DNA of 64,000 bases from Craspedostauros australis (Eukaryota). Both the position numbers and the translations under genes were made by a program. This document shows, in pieces, positions 25,620 through 37,500 of the stretch. Positions within the stretch are counted from its first letter, which is position 1; each line of letters starts with the position of its first letter. The notes below the pieces were generated by a model, which saw only the letters and a list, made by a program, of their open reading frames with translations, had not been told where the DNA came from and ran no database searches. The stretch lies in contig JALAGF010001127.1 in NCBI GenBank assembly GCA_030167865.1, positions 1 through 64,000 on the forward strand. The letters are read 5' to 3'.

Positions 25620-28351
25620 CTAGTAGAGGTCGGTGTTTGGCACCAGGGTGATCTTGCGTTCTCGCTGCTGCGACTTCTTCGCCATGAGCTTCGTCACCTG
25701 GGCGGCATTGAGACGACGGACGTCGTGTTCATCCAGAGCCAAGATGCGATCACCTGGGGCGATGAGTCCAGTCATCGGAGACGATCTCTTCAGCGAATGG
25801 ACGACGGGACCCTTCGGTGTGCTGTCCACCACGATTCCGATTGGGCCTGGCGGGGCGAAGACGTCGTAGACTCCAACGCGGTTGAGGTTGAACTCCGAGA
25901 AGTCGCTGCCTGGGACGTCGCTCTCCGCATCGACGCCGCGTTGGTTGTTTCTGGATCTCATCTTGTCGTTGGCGTTCGTGTTAGCATTGGCATTGGTAGT
26001 GTTGAAGCTGTCGATGACGTCGTGCGTGGGTGGTTGTGGCTGCTGTGCCTTTTCGAACGTCTGGCGTCTCTCGTTCACGCTTGGCGTCGGGTCCACCGCG
26101 GCAGCCTGCTTGGCAGCCTTCTGGCGGTTCAATTCGGCCTGTTGTTGGAGGCGTTGTTCCAACTCGCTCTGCAGATTGCGCTGCTCCACCTCCTGCTTGT
26201 GTCGGCGTTGTTCCTCCTCGTGCTGCTGCGCACGTCGGCGTTCTGCCTCCGCGGCACGGTTGGCTTCCTCTTCGGCAAGACGGATGCGCTGGCGTTCGGC
26301 CTCGATCTCTTCCTGCTCCCTCTTGCGTCGGCGTTCTTCTTGCTCACGCTTCTTGGCAGCAGCGGCCTCCTCGGCGCGCTTCTCTTCTTCGAAGAAGTCC
26401 CTCTTGTCGTTGGAGACCGGGACGACTCCAAGACTCTTGCCGTCACGCTTGGATTTTTGGACGGCCAGGGCGTGCAACTGTGGGTCGTAGGTGGAGGAGG
26501 CGACGTCGCTCACACCCGCAGAGGAGCGGAATTCGGATGGGACCATGCTGAACTCCGATGCGGGCATGCTGAACTCAGATGCCGCGTATGTAGACGCCGC
26601 GTGTGGGGATGGCGCACCCTGGAAGGCCTTGTCCGGATCGAACTCTCCCATCCTCTGGGACATGCCAGAGGGCTTGCTGTTCGACTTTCGGGATGGTCCG
26701 GAGATGGTGTCCAGCTGCCTGCTGGAGTTGTTGCTGTTGTTGGCCTGGCTGCTGGCTCCGAACGACTTCGGTGGCTTGCCGGCAGCACCGTTCTTTGGAG
26801 TGTCGGATGGGAAGGTGAAGTTAACTTGAGATCCCTTTGGTGTCTCGCTGGCGCCACTGCCTGACTTGCGCCGTCCGAAGACCTTGTTGAAAGGCTTCAG
26901 GAAGAGGCTGCTCACAGTGCTTCCGACCTCGCTGTGCTTCGGAGATGGCTCGGTCATGGCGGAAGAAGTTGGAGTGAATGCGGCGCGCTCGGCGCGGGAC
27001 ATGGGAGATGGCGGCACCATTCTGGAGTTGCGGGTGGATGTTGGTGGGGTTGGCACGGACACTGGTGCTGGCGGAGGAGGTGGCGGTGGCGGTGGTGGTG
27101 GGGTTGGCTTGGCGTCCTTGGTCTGTTGGAAGTGACCGATGGCAGCAAGCAGGCGGCCGACGATACAGAGATGTGGGAGAGGCAGAGCATGATCAGAAAG
27201 GGGGAGTGCGCATGTGAGTGAGTGAAATTGTGTCGAAGAGTTGACGACACACTCCCGTCACGAACACTACGACGCCAAACACGCGATCGCATCAAGTCGC
27301 ATCAAGTCACATCAAGCCACTTCGGATCACATACTTCACTCACGTTGAAATCGCTGATGGTCTTCTTCTCAATTGGCTTGGCCTCGGTAGGGTCCCTGCG
27401 CCCGTGCTGCATGTTGCCTTCCGTCGTGATCATGGATCGTCCATCGGTGATGGAGTTCATGGTAACGCTGCTATTGCTGCTGGTGCTCTCTTCTTCCTCG
27501 ATGGTGCCGTGCGTGGTGAAATGGCGCGCCGATGGATCATGGGAGAAACGGCGATCGCCGGCCACATCCGGTGGATCCTCGCGGCGGCGACTGTTGCTTT
27601 TGCTATTGCTGGTGTCGGAGTGCTTGGTGGTACGGCCCGCGACGGTGCTGGCGAAGTCGAACGGTCCCTTCCTCCAGTTCTCGCGCGTGCTGATAGAGCC
27701 ATCCTTCTGGGCGTAGCGGTCGTTGCGTCCGACGGCCGATGGCGTGCGGCTCTCCTCCTGCGACAACTGTCCGCGATAACGGTCCATCTCGAAGGAACGC
27801 GGGGACAGGGCGCTCATCTCGCCGAAGATGCTCTGCGATGCACTCGTTGCGGAGATCTCGTTGGTTGGCTTCTGCTCAATGGTACGGCCTTCGTCTTCGT
27901 CGTCGGCGACGAATCCCGGGTTGTTGGTGTTGTAGTATTGACCGTTCTCTTCGTCGTAGTACTGGGTGGGATGCGGCACCATGCGGTGCTCGTTATCGCG
28001 GTTGTCTTCGTCATCATCGTCCTCGCTGCGGCTGCGCGTGAAGGTGGCACGCACGTCGACATCGTCGTAGTTGGTCTGTCCGCAGTGCATGCGGATGGCG
28101 CAGACTGCTGCCATGCCGAGCGCGACGGAGGCGACGATGCCAATGATGAGGAAGAAGACGCTGTTGATGCCCTCCGAGAGGAAACCGCCGATGACGGAGA
28201 CGATGAAGATGGCGAAGAGGATGACGGAGATGAAGGCGATGAACATCAGCCCCGTGCTCTTGTCGACGGAGTTCTGCTGCACCTCATCTTGGGCATACTT
28301 GCCGGTGCCGTTGGCGGCTTCCAAGGCCATGCCGGAAGAGGCTTTCTTCAT
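25620..28351 (-). CDS. Membrane protein: two N-terminal TM helices, low-complexity/poly-Pro linker, coiled coil, C-terminal PDZ domain (2 exons, ~836 aa)
   Basis: Two track ORFs are joined by a phase-0 intron at 27343-27123 (GTGAGT...CCAACAG); exons 28351-27344 and 27122-25620. C-terminal APPGPIGIVVD..GPVVHSLK.SSPM.GLI.PGDRILALD is PDZ-like. Confidence 0.8.
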
Positions 28352-28924
28352 GATGGATGATGATTCGTTGAGGTTTGTCTTGTTGGGTTCGGTTGCGTGG
28401 ACGGTGGCTGAGTTCAGCTTGGTCCTGGGTCTTCGTTGCACACTGTTGATGTCCTTGTGCTGAAGTCGGTTGGTTATGTTGTGAGCTGATGATGCTGAAG
28501 GTTGGCATTCAGTCCTCTCGGAATGTCAATGTGCACCTCAGAGCTGACGGTCGGCACAAGAGTACGTACCATGCTCCAAGTTCGTTAACGCAAACCAATC
28601 GCGGCATTTTGTGATGTGTTTGGATTGCAAACACCAACGGTAAACGGTTTTCGTTAAGTATGAGTGTCTGTGACACGCCGGCCCACTCTCGCCAAAACAA
28701 CGGATAGTTGGACTTCTGTGTTTTCCACGGAGCATTTTGCATGTCGCGTACATGTCGTATGCGACAAGATATCGCCCAAGGAAGAGAAGCGAGACGTTGG
28801 CAGACCACGCTATTCGAGTTGGTATAGAGGGAGGTTGCCTCTCAACATCCATGTACCATAATAGTACCAATAACAGTTGAGTACAAACACACTCCCTATT
28901 CCATTACCCTTCTCCAGACCAACG

Positions 28925-30154
28925 TCATCTATCCAGGAACCTTTTGAGCAACGCGACGGTGTCATCGGGCGCCTCGGCATGAACCCAATGTCCCGCGCCG
29001 CGTATCGTGGTAAGCATGTGGTTGGGAAAGTAATCCGCGATGGTGGACATGTAGGCATGGCGCACGAATCGTGACTGGCCGCCATGGATGAAGAAGGCGT
29101 CGCCTTCGTAGGTCTGCCCTTCGGCGTGCTTGGAGAATCCGCGAATCGCATCGAGCTGATTGCAGATGGCCGGTATGGGTATCTTCCATCCCGTGCGACC
29201 GTAGTTGGTGAGACAGAAGGCGCGCAAGGCCGGATCGGGAATCGCCATGCGCAGCTGCTTGTCTATGTCGTTGCGGGCCGGACCGGTGTCATCGCCGCCG
29301 CATCGATCCGTGGCGTCGTGCATGGCGTGCAGGATATCTTCGACGGCCTTCCAATGCGGGTCCGTGTCGCAGGAGTACTCGACGGGCGCGATGTCGATGA
29401 CGACGAGACCGGCCACGCGGTGCGGGTGCAGCAGACTCAAGGCCTGCGCGACCTTGCCGCCCATGCTGTGTCCCACGAGGACGATCTGATCCAGTCCGCG
29501 CTGATCGAGGAAGTGCACGACGTCCGACGCCATCTCCTCGTAGGACATGGTGTCGCACCATTCGTCGTGCGTGTACTCGCCGCCGTGGTTGCGCAGATCG
29601 ACGCCGAGTATCTGTCGCGGTTTTTCCAACTGCAGGGAGAGGGATCGTGCGATGGATGCAAAGTTGCGCTTGCTGCCGAGGAGGCCGTGCAGGAGCAGGA
29701 CGGGCGTGTCATGCGGTGCCGCTGCATCGTTGCGCTGTTCCGAAAAGTCCGTCCAACGCAGCGGTATGGCATTCTGCGTTTCTGCTCCTTGTGTTGATTT
29801 GGTTGCTGCTGATAATATTGATGTTGATGTCAACGTTGACGTCAACATTGATGATGGCGACTGCCACGAGGACAGCCGCGAGGACCGCAGGGCGCATGAA
29901 GAAGCCTGACATCTGTTGGATGCACCAGCATGCTGGAATGCTCTGTCATTCATCTGCATCTGCATTTGTGGTCTCTGTCGGCAATGGCTTCCATCTGCAA
30001 TGAAGGCATTCGTCGCCGAAATGAAGCACGCCATGGTGATGGCAAGCAGCACAACGGTGCACAGGGTGCGTCTAGCTGAGGATGCTCTCGTGGCTGCGCT
30101 TCTGTTGTGCTTCCGTCGCTTGGATCGGTTCGCACCGCGTCCTTCCATCATCAT
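28925..30154 (-). CDS. ABHD11: Alpha/beta hydrolase, ABHD11/YbfF-like esterase with organellar targeting presequence
   Basis: LLHGLLGSKRNF, VDLRNHG, GHSMGGK nucleophile elbow, VIDIAPV and AGHWVHAEAP. Start placed at MMMEG (30154); the upstream in-frame part is a microsatellite. Orthology is not proven. Confidence 0.85.
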   Translation of the reverse strand: MMMEGRGANRSKRRKHNRSAATRASSARRTLCTVVLLAITMACFISATNAFIADGSHCRQRPQMQMQMNDRAFQHAGASNRCQASSCALRSSRLSSWQSPSSMLTSTLTSTSILSAATKSTQGAETQNAIPLRWTDFSEQRNDAAAPHDTPVLLLHGLLGSKRNFASIARSLSLQLEKPRQILGVDLRNHGGEYTHDEWCDTMSYEEMASDVVHFLDQRGLDQIVLVGHSMGGKVAQALSLLHPHRVAGLVVIDIAPVEYSCDTDPHWKAVEDILHAMHDATDRCGGDDTGPARNDIDKQLRMAIPDPALRAFCLTNYGRTGWKIPIPAICNQLDAIRGFSKHAEGQTYEGDAFFIHGGQSRFVRHAYMSTIADYFPNHMLTTIRGAGHWVHAEAPDDTVALLKRFLDR

Positions 30155-30904
30155 TGATGTCTGTGTCTGCGTCTGCGTCTGTGTCTGCGTCTGTGTCTGC
30201 GTATTTGTTAAGAGAGACGTAAGGTACGAATCACTCATACGCACTCAATGCCGTGAATAGAGCTTGCGCTGCGGCCTGGAATGCGGCTTGGGCTGCGAAT
30301 GACGTCGATTCTCCGACTGCAACTCAAGAGTGTATTGCAGTTGTACGAGTATCAGTCGTCGATCTCACGTCTGCCTTGGTTGGTACACTGTCTTCTATCG
30401 CTTCGTTTACCATCGACACAACCTCTGCAGCGTTGCGGAGGGTAGCGATGGATACAATATAGAATATAATAGTATGCAATGTATGCAATGTATGCAATAT
30501 ATGCAATGTATTACATGCAGTTGCCTTGCTTGTTGTGTGGAGACATGTGGAAAGGATCCATGTTCTTGTTCAACGCCACTGTTCTGCCAACCAACCAACC
30601 AACATGCCAACTCCCACCAACGCTTCACTTGCGTGGTTGTGTGTGGTCAAAACGATGTTGGCGACACGTCTGCCACTTCGGATTCTTGTGACGAATGACA
30701 CGTCACGAATTCACATGGAGTCCTTCTATTCGCGTTTATGACTCGTATGACTCCAACAGACTTGATCGAAAATGAAACACCAAGTCCCAAGCAAAAACAG
30801 TCGACCATGGCCATCCGTCGACGGCACGACAGTCGGCAATCGCGATCGCAGTAACACCACAATGCTATTCGCAGCACAACTCGTACGACTCTCTACTACT
30901 AACC

Positions 30905-31435
30905 ATGTCCTTGGACCAACGCTGCCAACAATTCCACGACGCCGCCTTGGGCACGGGCAAATCGAAAGGCCCCGTCAAGGAGATTGCCACGCTGCGCAAG
31001 TTCTTGCACAAGAACCAGCATCAGCGCTTCACCGACAAGGCCGTCGGTCGGCTGTTCGATACGATCCAGATCTACTGCAGCCAGACGCAAGTCGAGACGG
31101 ATGCCCTGCTCGAGGATGCCCTCAAGATGCCGTTCACCGTCTTTTCGACGAAGCAGAAGAAGACCATGATCAAGTGGTTGGAAGATCGGCGCGGTGGTGG
31201 CAGCGCAACGACCATCGTCACGCTGTCTCTCATTGATATCCTGGAGGATGAGGACAATCGAGTGTCGCTGATGAGCGACGAGACGGGCGACACCTACGAG
31301 GATCTGCGATTGCCGGGCGATCAATTGGGAGCATCGATTCGGCAGAAGTACGAAACGACGGAGAGCGTCGTCAGCTTGGAGGTGGAGTTGGTGGATTCCA
31401 AATTGACAAGGATAATAGGTATCGCAGAAGAGTGA
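30905..31435 (+). CDS. Small protein: unknown helical N-domain plus eIF5A C-terminal OB-fold-like domain
   Basis: 176-aa ORF with coding bias. LSLIDI.EDE..VSLMSDETGDTYEDLRLP..QLG..IRQKYE matches the eIF5A C-terminal pattern. There is no SKTGKHGHAK hypusine motif. Confidence 0.7.
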   Translation: MSLDQRCQQFHDAALGTGKSKGPVKEIATLRKFLHKNQHQRFTDKAVGRLFDTIQIYCSQTQVETDALLEDALKMPFTVFSTKQKKTMIKWLEDRRGGGSATTIVTLSLIDILEDEDNRVSLMSDETGDTYEDLRLPGDQLGASIRQKYETTESVVSLEVELVDSKLTRIIGIAEE

Positions 31436-31667
31436 CAAGAGCAGATTGTTCCACTCCCTGGAGAGTGTATGTGCATTCTACGATAATACAACTGCGGCAT
31501 TCCATTACTCTTATTATATCCTAATCGTTGATTGTGTCCATTTGTGCCGCATGCCCGTGCGCAAATGTCATTCCATGCATCGTGCGCTACGAGCAAGTAC
31601 GGTGAGACTTGTTGGGATAGAAGGCTGCTCTAACACACATACACTACAACGCTGGCATTGTTGTTGC

Positions 31668-32987
31668 TCACATGACTGTCATCATCACAGCGACCGTCGT
31701 CGCGGCCACGCCACTCATCATGATCAACATAGCACGATCCATCGACCGCAATGCCGCCGAGTCCGGCACGTTCCCCCAAATGGGCGCGAGCGTCGTCGGT
31801 TGCGCCGTGAGTGTGGGAGCCGGTGACGCGGTCGGAATCTCAGTGGGTGCCATCGTTGGACACTGGATGCCGCCGTAACACTTCATGCCTTCGGGACAGG
31901 CCGCGTCGTCTCCGGACGGACACGCCAAGGAGGTGGGACATGTGGAGGCGTCGCCCCACACTTCGCCGCAGTAGCTTGTCGGTTCGGTAAACTTTGGCGG
32001 ATCCAAACCCAAACACTCCGACAACGTCACGAGCGTCCATCCCTTCGATCGGATCAGATCGATCGCCGCGGCCAACAACGGGATCTCGTCATCTTGCGTG
32101 GCCGCGTTCGAGGTCGACAGGTTGGGATTCTTGACCATCTTGGCGAACGTCTCCTGATTGTCATGCGCCAACATCACGAAGCTGCCGCGCCGCGGAAAGC
32201 GAAAGTTGGGCTTGTCGGACTCGGGCGCGCGCAGATCGTAGTTATCGAGGGAGACCTCCAGCAGCGCCAGGATCTCTTCCGGATCGCGGTCGTTCTTCCA
32301 GTCCGACGTGTCGATGTTCCACATGGCCGTCTTGTAACCTGGCAGCGCATCATCCAGGTCCTCCAGAAGCTGCGGCGAGTAGGCGCCCTGCGCAGGACGG
32401 AAGAAGCGGGCGTCGTATCCGCCCAGCCGCTCCGAAAGTCGGTTGTGGCATTGCTGCACCTCGTCCACCGTGAAGGGATCGTTCGTCATGCCGTGATTGG
32501 CCAAGTTATGTCCTTCCAGCAGCACGCGCATTCCCAGACGATCGTAGTATCCCACGAGGCCGGGGAAGTTGTCCCATTCCGATCCGATCCAGAAGAAGGT
32601 GGCGTGGGCGTTCTTGGACTTGAGGATGTCCAGCAACGGCTCCGTGTGCGTGCGATGCGGGCCATCATCGAACGTCAAAGCGAAGACCTTTTCGTCCTCG
32701 CGGCCCACGCAATCGCGGAAGAAGGTCGGTCCGGAGTACTCCGAGTTGTACAGTCCCTCGTTGTTCGCGGAGCTGTTCGTGGTGTCGTGGAAGATGATCA
32801 GGTCGCCATCGTCTTCGTACTGGACGTTGCCGAATCCGTCAGCGTTGGTTCCTGTACTGCCAGCACCACTGTCGGTGGTACCGTCTGCCCTGCACGTCGC
32901 CAGAGCCAGGAAGGCCAGCGCAGCGATGCTCGGGAGTCTCATGGATTGCTTTCGCCGGTTTGTGCCAAATGCTGCCATGGTCTTCAT
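31668..32987 (-). CDS. Secreted/GPI-anchored polysaccharide (chitin) deacetylase, CE4/NodB family, with Cys-rich putative carbohydrate-binding module
   Basis: Signal peptide, ALTFDDGP, ATFF, WNIDTSDW, LAHD and G..LVTLSECL. Then a YCG..W.DA..C....CPSG....CP.G.KCY...C module, a PT-rich linker and a hydrophobic C-terminus. Confidence 0.9.
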   Translation of the reverse strand: MKTMAAFGTNRRKQSMRLPSIAALAFLALATCRADGTTDSGAGSTGTNADGFGNVQYEDDGDLIIFHDTTNSSANNEGLYNSEYSGPTFFRDCVGREDEKVFALTFDDGPHRTHTEPLLDILKSKNAHATFFWIGSEWDNFPGLVGYYDRLGMRVLLEGHNLANHGMTNDPFTVDEVQQCHNRLSERLGGYDARFFRPAQGAYSPQLLEDLDDALPGYKTAMWNIDTSDWKNDRDPEEILALLEVSLDNYDLRAPESDKPNFRFPRRGSFVMLAHDNQETFAKMVKNPNLSTSNAATQDDEIPLLAAAIDLIRSKGWTLVTLSECLGLDPPKFTEPTSYCGEVWGDASTCPTSLACPSGDDAACPEGMKCYGGIQCPTMAPTEIPTASPAPTLTAQPTTLAPIWGNVPDSAALRSMDRAMLIMMSGVAATTVAVMMTVM

Positions 32988-34516
32988 TGAGTCAGTGTGC
33001 GTGTGTATATATGTGTGCGTGTGTATATGTGTGTGCGTCGCTCTCTCTCTCTCCTTACTTGGATGCTCCTGTGATGCGTATCTGTCCTCCTCTTTCCTGA
33101 CTGCTGTGCTGTGATGGGGCAGATCGTATCCTGTCCTGTTGTTGTGGTTGTGTCAGAGCGTGGAGGACGATCTACTTCTGTTCTGGGCACATCCCCTTGT
33201 CTGTTTGTGGCAGAGAGGTGCGCCATTGACAGTTCCCCCTCCCTTGACATCGCTGCTTGTTGACCAACACTGCTTGGGCACCATAAAAGTGAGCGGATTG
33301 ACACGATTGCCATAATTTCTGCCCGTTGATTTGCTGGCGCAGTCATCGCAATGACTCACTCCAACGAACAATGCCCTCTGGGCACTTTCGGTTCCTCTGT
33401 TTGACATCTTCTCTTTTCCTCCTGGAGCAGTTCGCAGAGCATGAGCACTCTACCAACGACCTGCATCTCTCTACTCGTGCAGACACACATAAACTTGTGC
33501 AGAGCACTTGGAAATCACTCAGTGTGGATAGCAGATGCCCGAATGGTTGGACACAAACCTCGCCGTCTTTGCTGCTGTCTCTATCAATCTCGCCTCCAAT
33601 TCGTAGCATGCGGAGACACTTAAACTTTGGAGCGTTCGCTTTCGGCAACCTTCTTGTCAACGCTCTCTTGGGACCAAAGCGACTTTGATACTCTACACAC
33701 ACAAACATTATGGACAATCCCTCTTTGCACAAGTTCACGTACCAACGTGTGCAGGGACGAACTGGGGCAGGAATAGCATTTGCAGAGCTCCTGCTCTACT
33801 CTGCTTTCCAATGACTATTGATCGTACAACAACCAGACTCAATATATGACAGTCTATATATGCCCGTCTATATCATTTCTCCGCAACTCCCACAGACACA
33901 TTGTTACCGCGCCATTTTCCGCGCCAACCATAACGCCCGCGCAACTCTCGAGCACAACTCGTCCTCATCACTTCCGAGATGCATCCTCGCATTTCCCCAC
34001 TTAGAATATAATCCTGCATCTTGGAATAACAGAGAACTGTGTTCGGATTTTGTGCAGATGGTTGGAAGCGTATGGTGCAACCCTGGCGTGACCTCATTGC
34101 ACGCTACGACTACAACAACAAAGTTTGGGGCCTCCACTCTTGACGAACAACATCAACAACACAACTCTGCCAACTGGTTCGCTGTGCATTTTCCCAGAAC
34201 TGGAATCTGGGGAGAAGAATGGTGCGGAGGTGATGATCCTTCGACAGTCTGCACCATACAGAGGGTCCTCTTGAGTTCTGTCACTGTGCACTTCTAGAGA
34301 CAAACGAAGGACGAACGAACATGGACGGTTTGTTGTGAACGTAAAAGTATGTCTCTAGGCCGCAAGTGTACGCAGTACATTTGGTATCAGCAGAACGTGG
34401 CCGCTTGGCTGGGCTGCCTGTTGCTTGGTCCTTTGTTGGTTCTGGCTGTGCCTCTCATCCTCTTCCCTCTGTCTCCCCTCTCCCTATTTTATTTGTAAAT
34501 ATTATACGATAGAACA

Positions 34517-37500
34517 TCAATTCTCTGTGGCGTCGGTATCATCTTGGCAGTATGTCTGCATGTACCTTGCCACCGCGTCCTTCCCGCGTGCTGCCCATTC
34601 CTTCCGGTTGGCCTGTGCATAATTCAAGTACTCGTCGCTGGAAACACCGAAGACGCCGCAGTCCTTCAGTTTCTTTGCCAGTGGGATGATGTAGAAGTCA
34701 AAGAAACCGAGCTCCCCCTCGTACCAACCCAACGATGGATCCTTCTCGGCTCGCCCGGCCTTGTACGCCAGGTACATCTCATGGAACAGCTTTTGATTCC
34801 ACTTTTGATACACGTGCCAATCTGTAGTCCAGTACAAACGGGTGGTGGCAGATATTATGGAGTACAAGTATGGCATGCCGAACATGAAGAGCAATGTGCG
34901 GGGGGACGAGACGGTTGAGATCACGGCGCATGGTACATGGTGCATGATGCAATCGACGCACAGGCAAAGAGACGGACATCCACCCATACACACGCGCGCA
35001 AACAGTCAACCACATCTCAGGACTGGCACACGTGCAACAAACAGCGATCTGACTTACGTTGCATCGTGTGAGAGACATCTGATGCCTGGATGAGATGCTC
35101 AATGACGATGGTGGCCATGCGGTTGGCATCCTCTTCGCTGTCGCTCCCCGTGGTTGAATCACGTTGGATGCTACCTGAATGATCCAAGCGCTGATGATGA
35201 GCCATCGGTGTGTCGAATGCTTTGGCCCAGCGGGCTTTGCGCAGCGAACCCAGCTCCTTGTCCATGATATCCGTGGCGAGCACGGCATTGACCAGCAGCT
35301 GGCGGAATCGCATGAGCTCCTGCTTGGTCGAGTAGATGCACTCTCGCATCTCGCGATACTGCGGCGTCATCAGCAGATTCCATGCGATGTCGAAGGAGTT
35401 TTGCTCCGCAACGCTCTTGTTCTTGTACTTGTGAGCGATTTCCGCTTCCTCCTTCACCAGCTGCGAGTTGGGAAGGCCAACGTGATCAACGTCGTGGATG
35501 AGCGCAGCAACTACGCATGCGAACTGTGTGATGGGGTCGGACGTGATGCCGAAGGTGAACTTGTGGAGCGCGTCTCCGTTGCTCTCTTTGTAGCACATGC
35601 CGTCGTAGTCAATCGCCTCCCTCCTCACGATCCGCGAAAGGAGCTTCACAGTGGATTGGACCACGTGGCTGGCGTGCGAGAACGAATGGAACGGGTTGGA
35701 TCGGTACATGTGGGAGATCGTTAACACGAAATGATCGACCTGCGATCTCACAGCAGGGCTCAGCTCGATCGCGGATGGGTCCTGCTGGTACGGCAACGCT
35801 TGGCTTGGGAGCTTGATGACCTCTTGCACTTCATCAAGCGCGGTGCCTTGGCGTTGGGGCAGCTTGATGTCGCTGTGCTGAGATCTGCCTGTGTGGAGAT
35901 CCTTAAGCTGATGCTTTGTTCGCATTGCGAGGATCCGCTTGATCATGCCCTTCAGTACATCGGCGTTCCACTGGACTTCCAGCTGCGATACATTAGATGG
36001 TTGCCGTGATGGGCTTGCGATCGAAAAACTGGCTTGTTTTGGATGCTGCTGCCGCTGCCGCTGAAGTTGGTCGGTGTGCTTCTCTGTACCAATGCCTGCA
36101 CCAGTGGTTGGGGCACCCTCGGAGACACTTCGGAAGAGCCCAGCCGTTTGCTCTGCCCGATCCATTGCGAAGCCATCAGTCTGCTGGTGCTGCGTGGCAA
36201 CATTGTTGACTTCGCCATGTTCGAACTTCGTTCGGTAAATCATTGCCGTATCCAAGGCTTGCAGAATCGGGATTTCGTCCGGGCTCTTCTGGATGATCCA
36301 ATAAGTCTGGAGCTCACCCTTGCCCTTGGCACAAATTCGGTCCTTGCGCGGGACAATCCATGATTTCTTTCCGGCAGCGATCAAGGCATCCGCAGTCTCT
36401 TGCGATACATGGATTTGGTCTGGTGCGCCGAGCGATTCGATGCGTGCTGCGGTGTTGACGGTGTCGCCGAAGAGCTGGAATCTTGACTTCTCGCCGCGGA
36501 GGACGCCTGCTGTCACTGGGCCGGAATGCATTCCGAAGCGCATGGTGAGGTCACCGGTGTCTGGGCCCAGCTTGGCAGCCAGATTTCTCATGACGACACG
36601 CAGTTTGGACACACAAAGCCTCGCGAAGCGGGCCATGATAACAGCGTGCTGGGCAGTTGGGTCCGGCAATCCAGCGGCTGCAACGTAGCAATCACCGACC
36701 GTCTCGACCTTGAACACCTTGAGCTTCTTGGCGATGTGATCGAAGGACGAATACAAGGTCTCCAGCAAGGAGAAGACCTGTGCCGGTTCTCGCATGCTTG
36801 ACCATGCTGCAAGTAGAAATGAATGCCATCAGTAGAGGAGTAAATTGGATTGGATTGGATTGGGTCAGATTTTCAATTTGATGCACTGAAGCATGCGACA
36901 CATACCTGCATCCAAACGAGATGTGGCCAAATGCAACAACGGTCCGAACGTACCTGTAAAGCCAACGATGTCGGCGAACATCACGGTAACATTCAGGAAG
37001 AGATCAGCAATTGGCATCAGTTTTTTGGAGGTGGATGCTATCAGATCCAGTCCTGGGTCCATTATGTAACCCTTGCCACCAGCACCATCATCGCTGTCCT
37101 TTGTGGGCGAAGATTTATCCCCAGAAGAGCCGCCCAAAGGCGAAAATCGCGACTGTGCCTTGGTGTCGGAATTGATCATGAGGCGATCCTTGACGCTTGC
37201 AGGGAACAACGAATCGATCAGAGCATCGGATCGTTGGACCCTCCTGACGACGTATGCCTGGCGTCTTTCCACCAGAACGTCGTAGAGAAGAAACACGACG
37301 GCTGTTAACAGGAAGGTGCCAAGGACAGTCAGCATGCTCCTCAGAGGTTCGGTGGTATGGTAGGTGTCGTAGAATTCTGTCGATGGATAGACGTGCATCT
37401 TGAACGTGCAGTCCCTGAGACTCTTCAAAGCGTCGAATTCGTAGATCTGCTGGACACCATCATCCCTTTCTTCCTGGAGGCTGCTGTTCCCAAGATACGT

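Noticed and set aside
30155-30244. (QT)n N-terminal extension of the ABHD11-like ORF
   Set aside because: It is a GTCTG[C/T] microsatellite upstream of the first ATG cluster, more likely 5' UTR.
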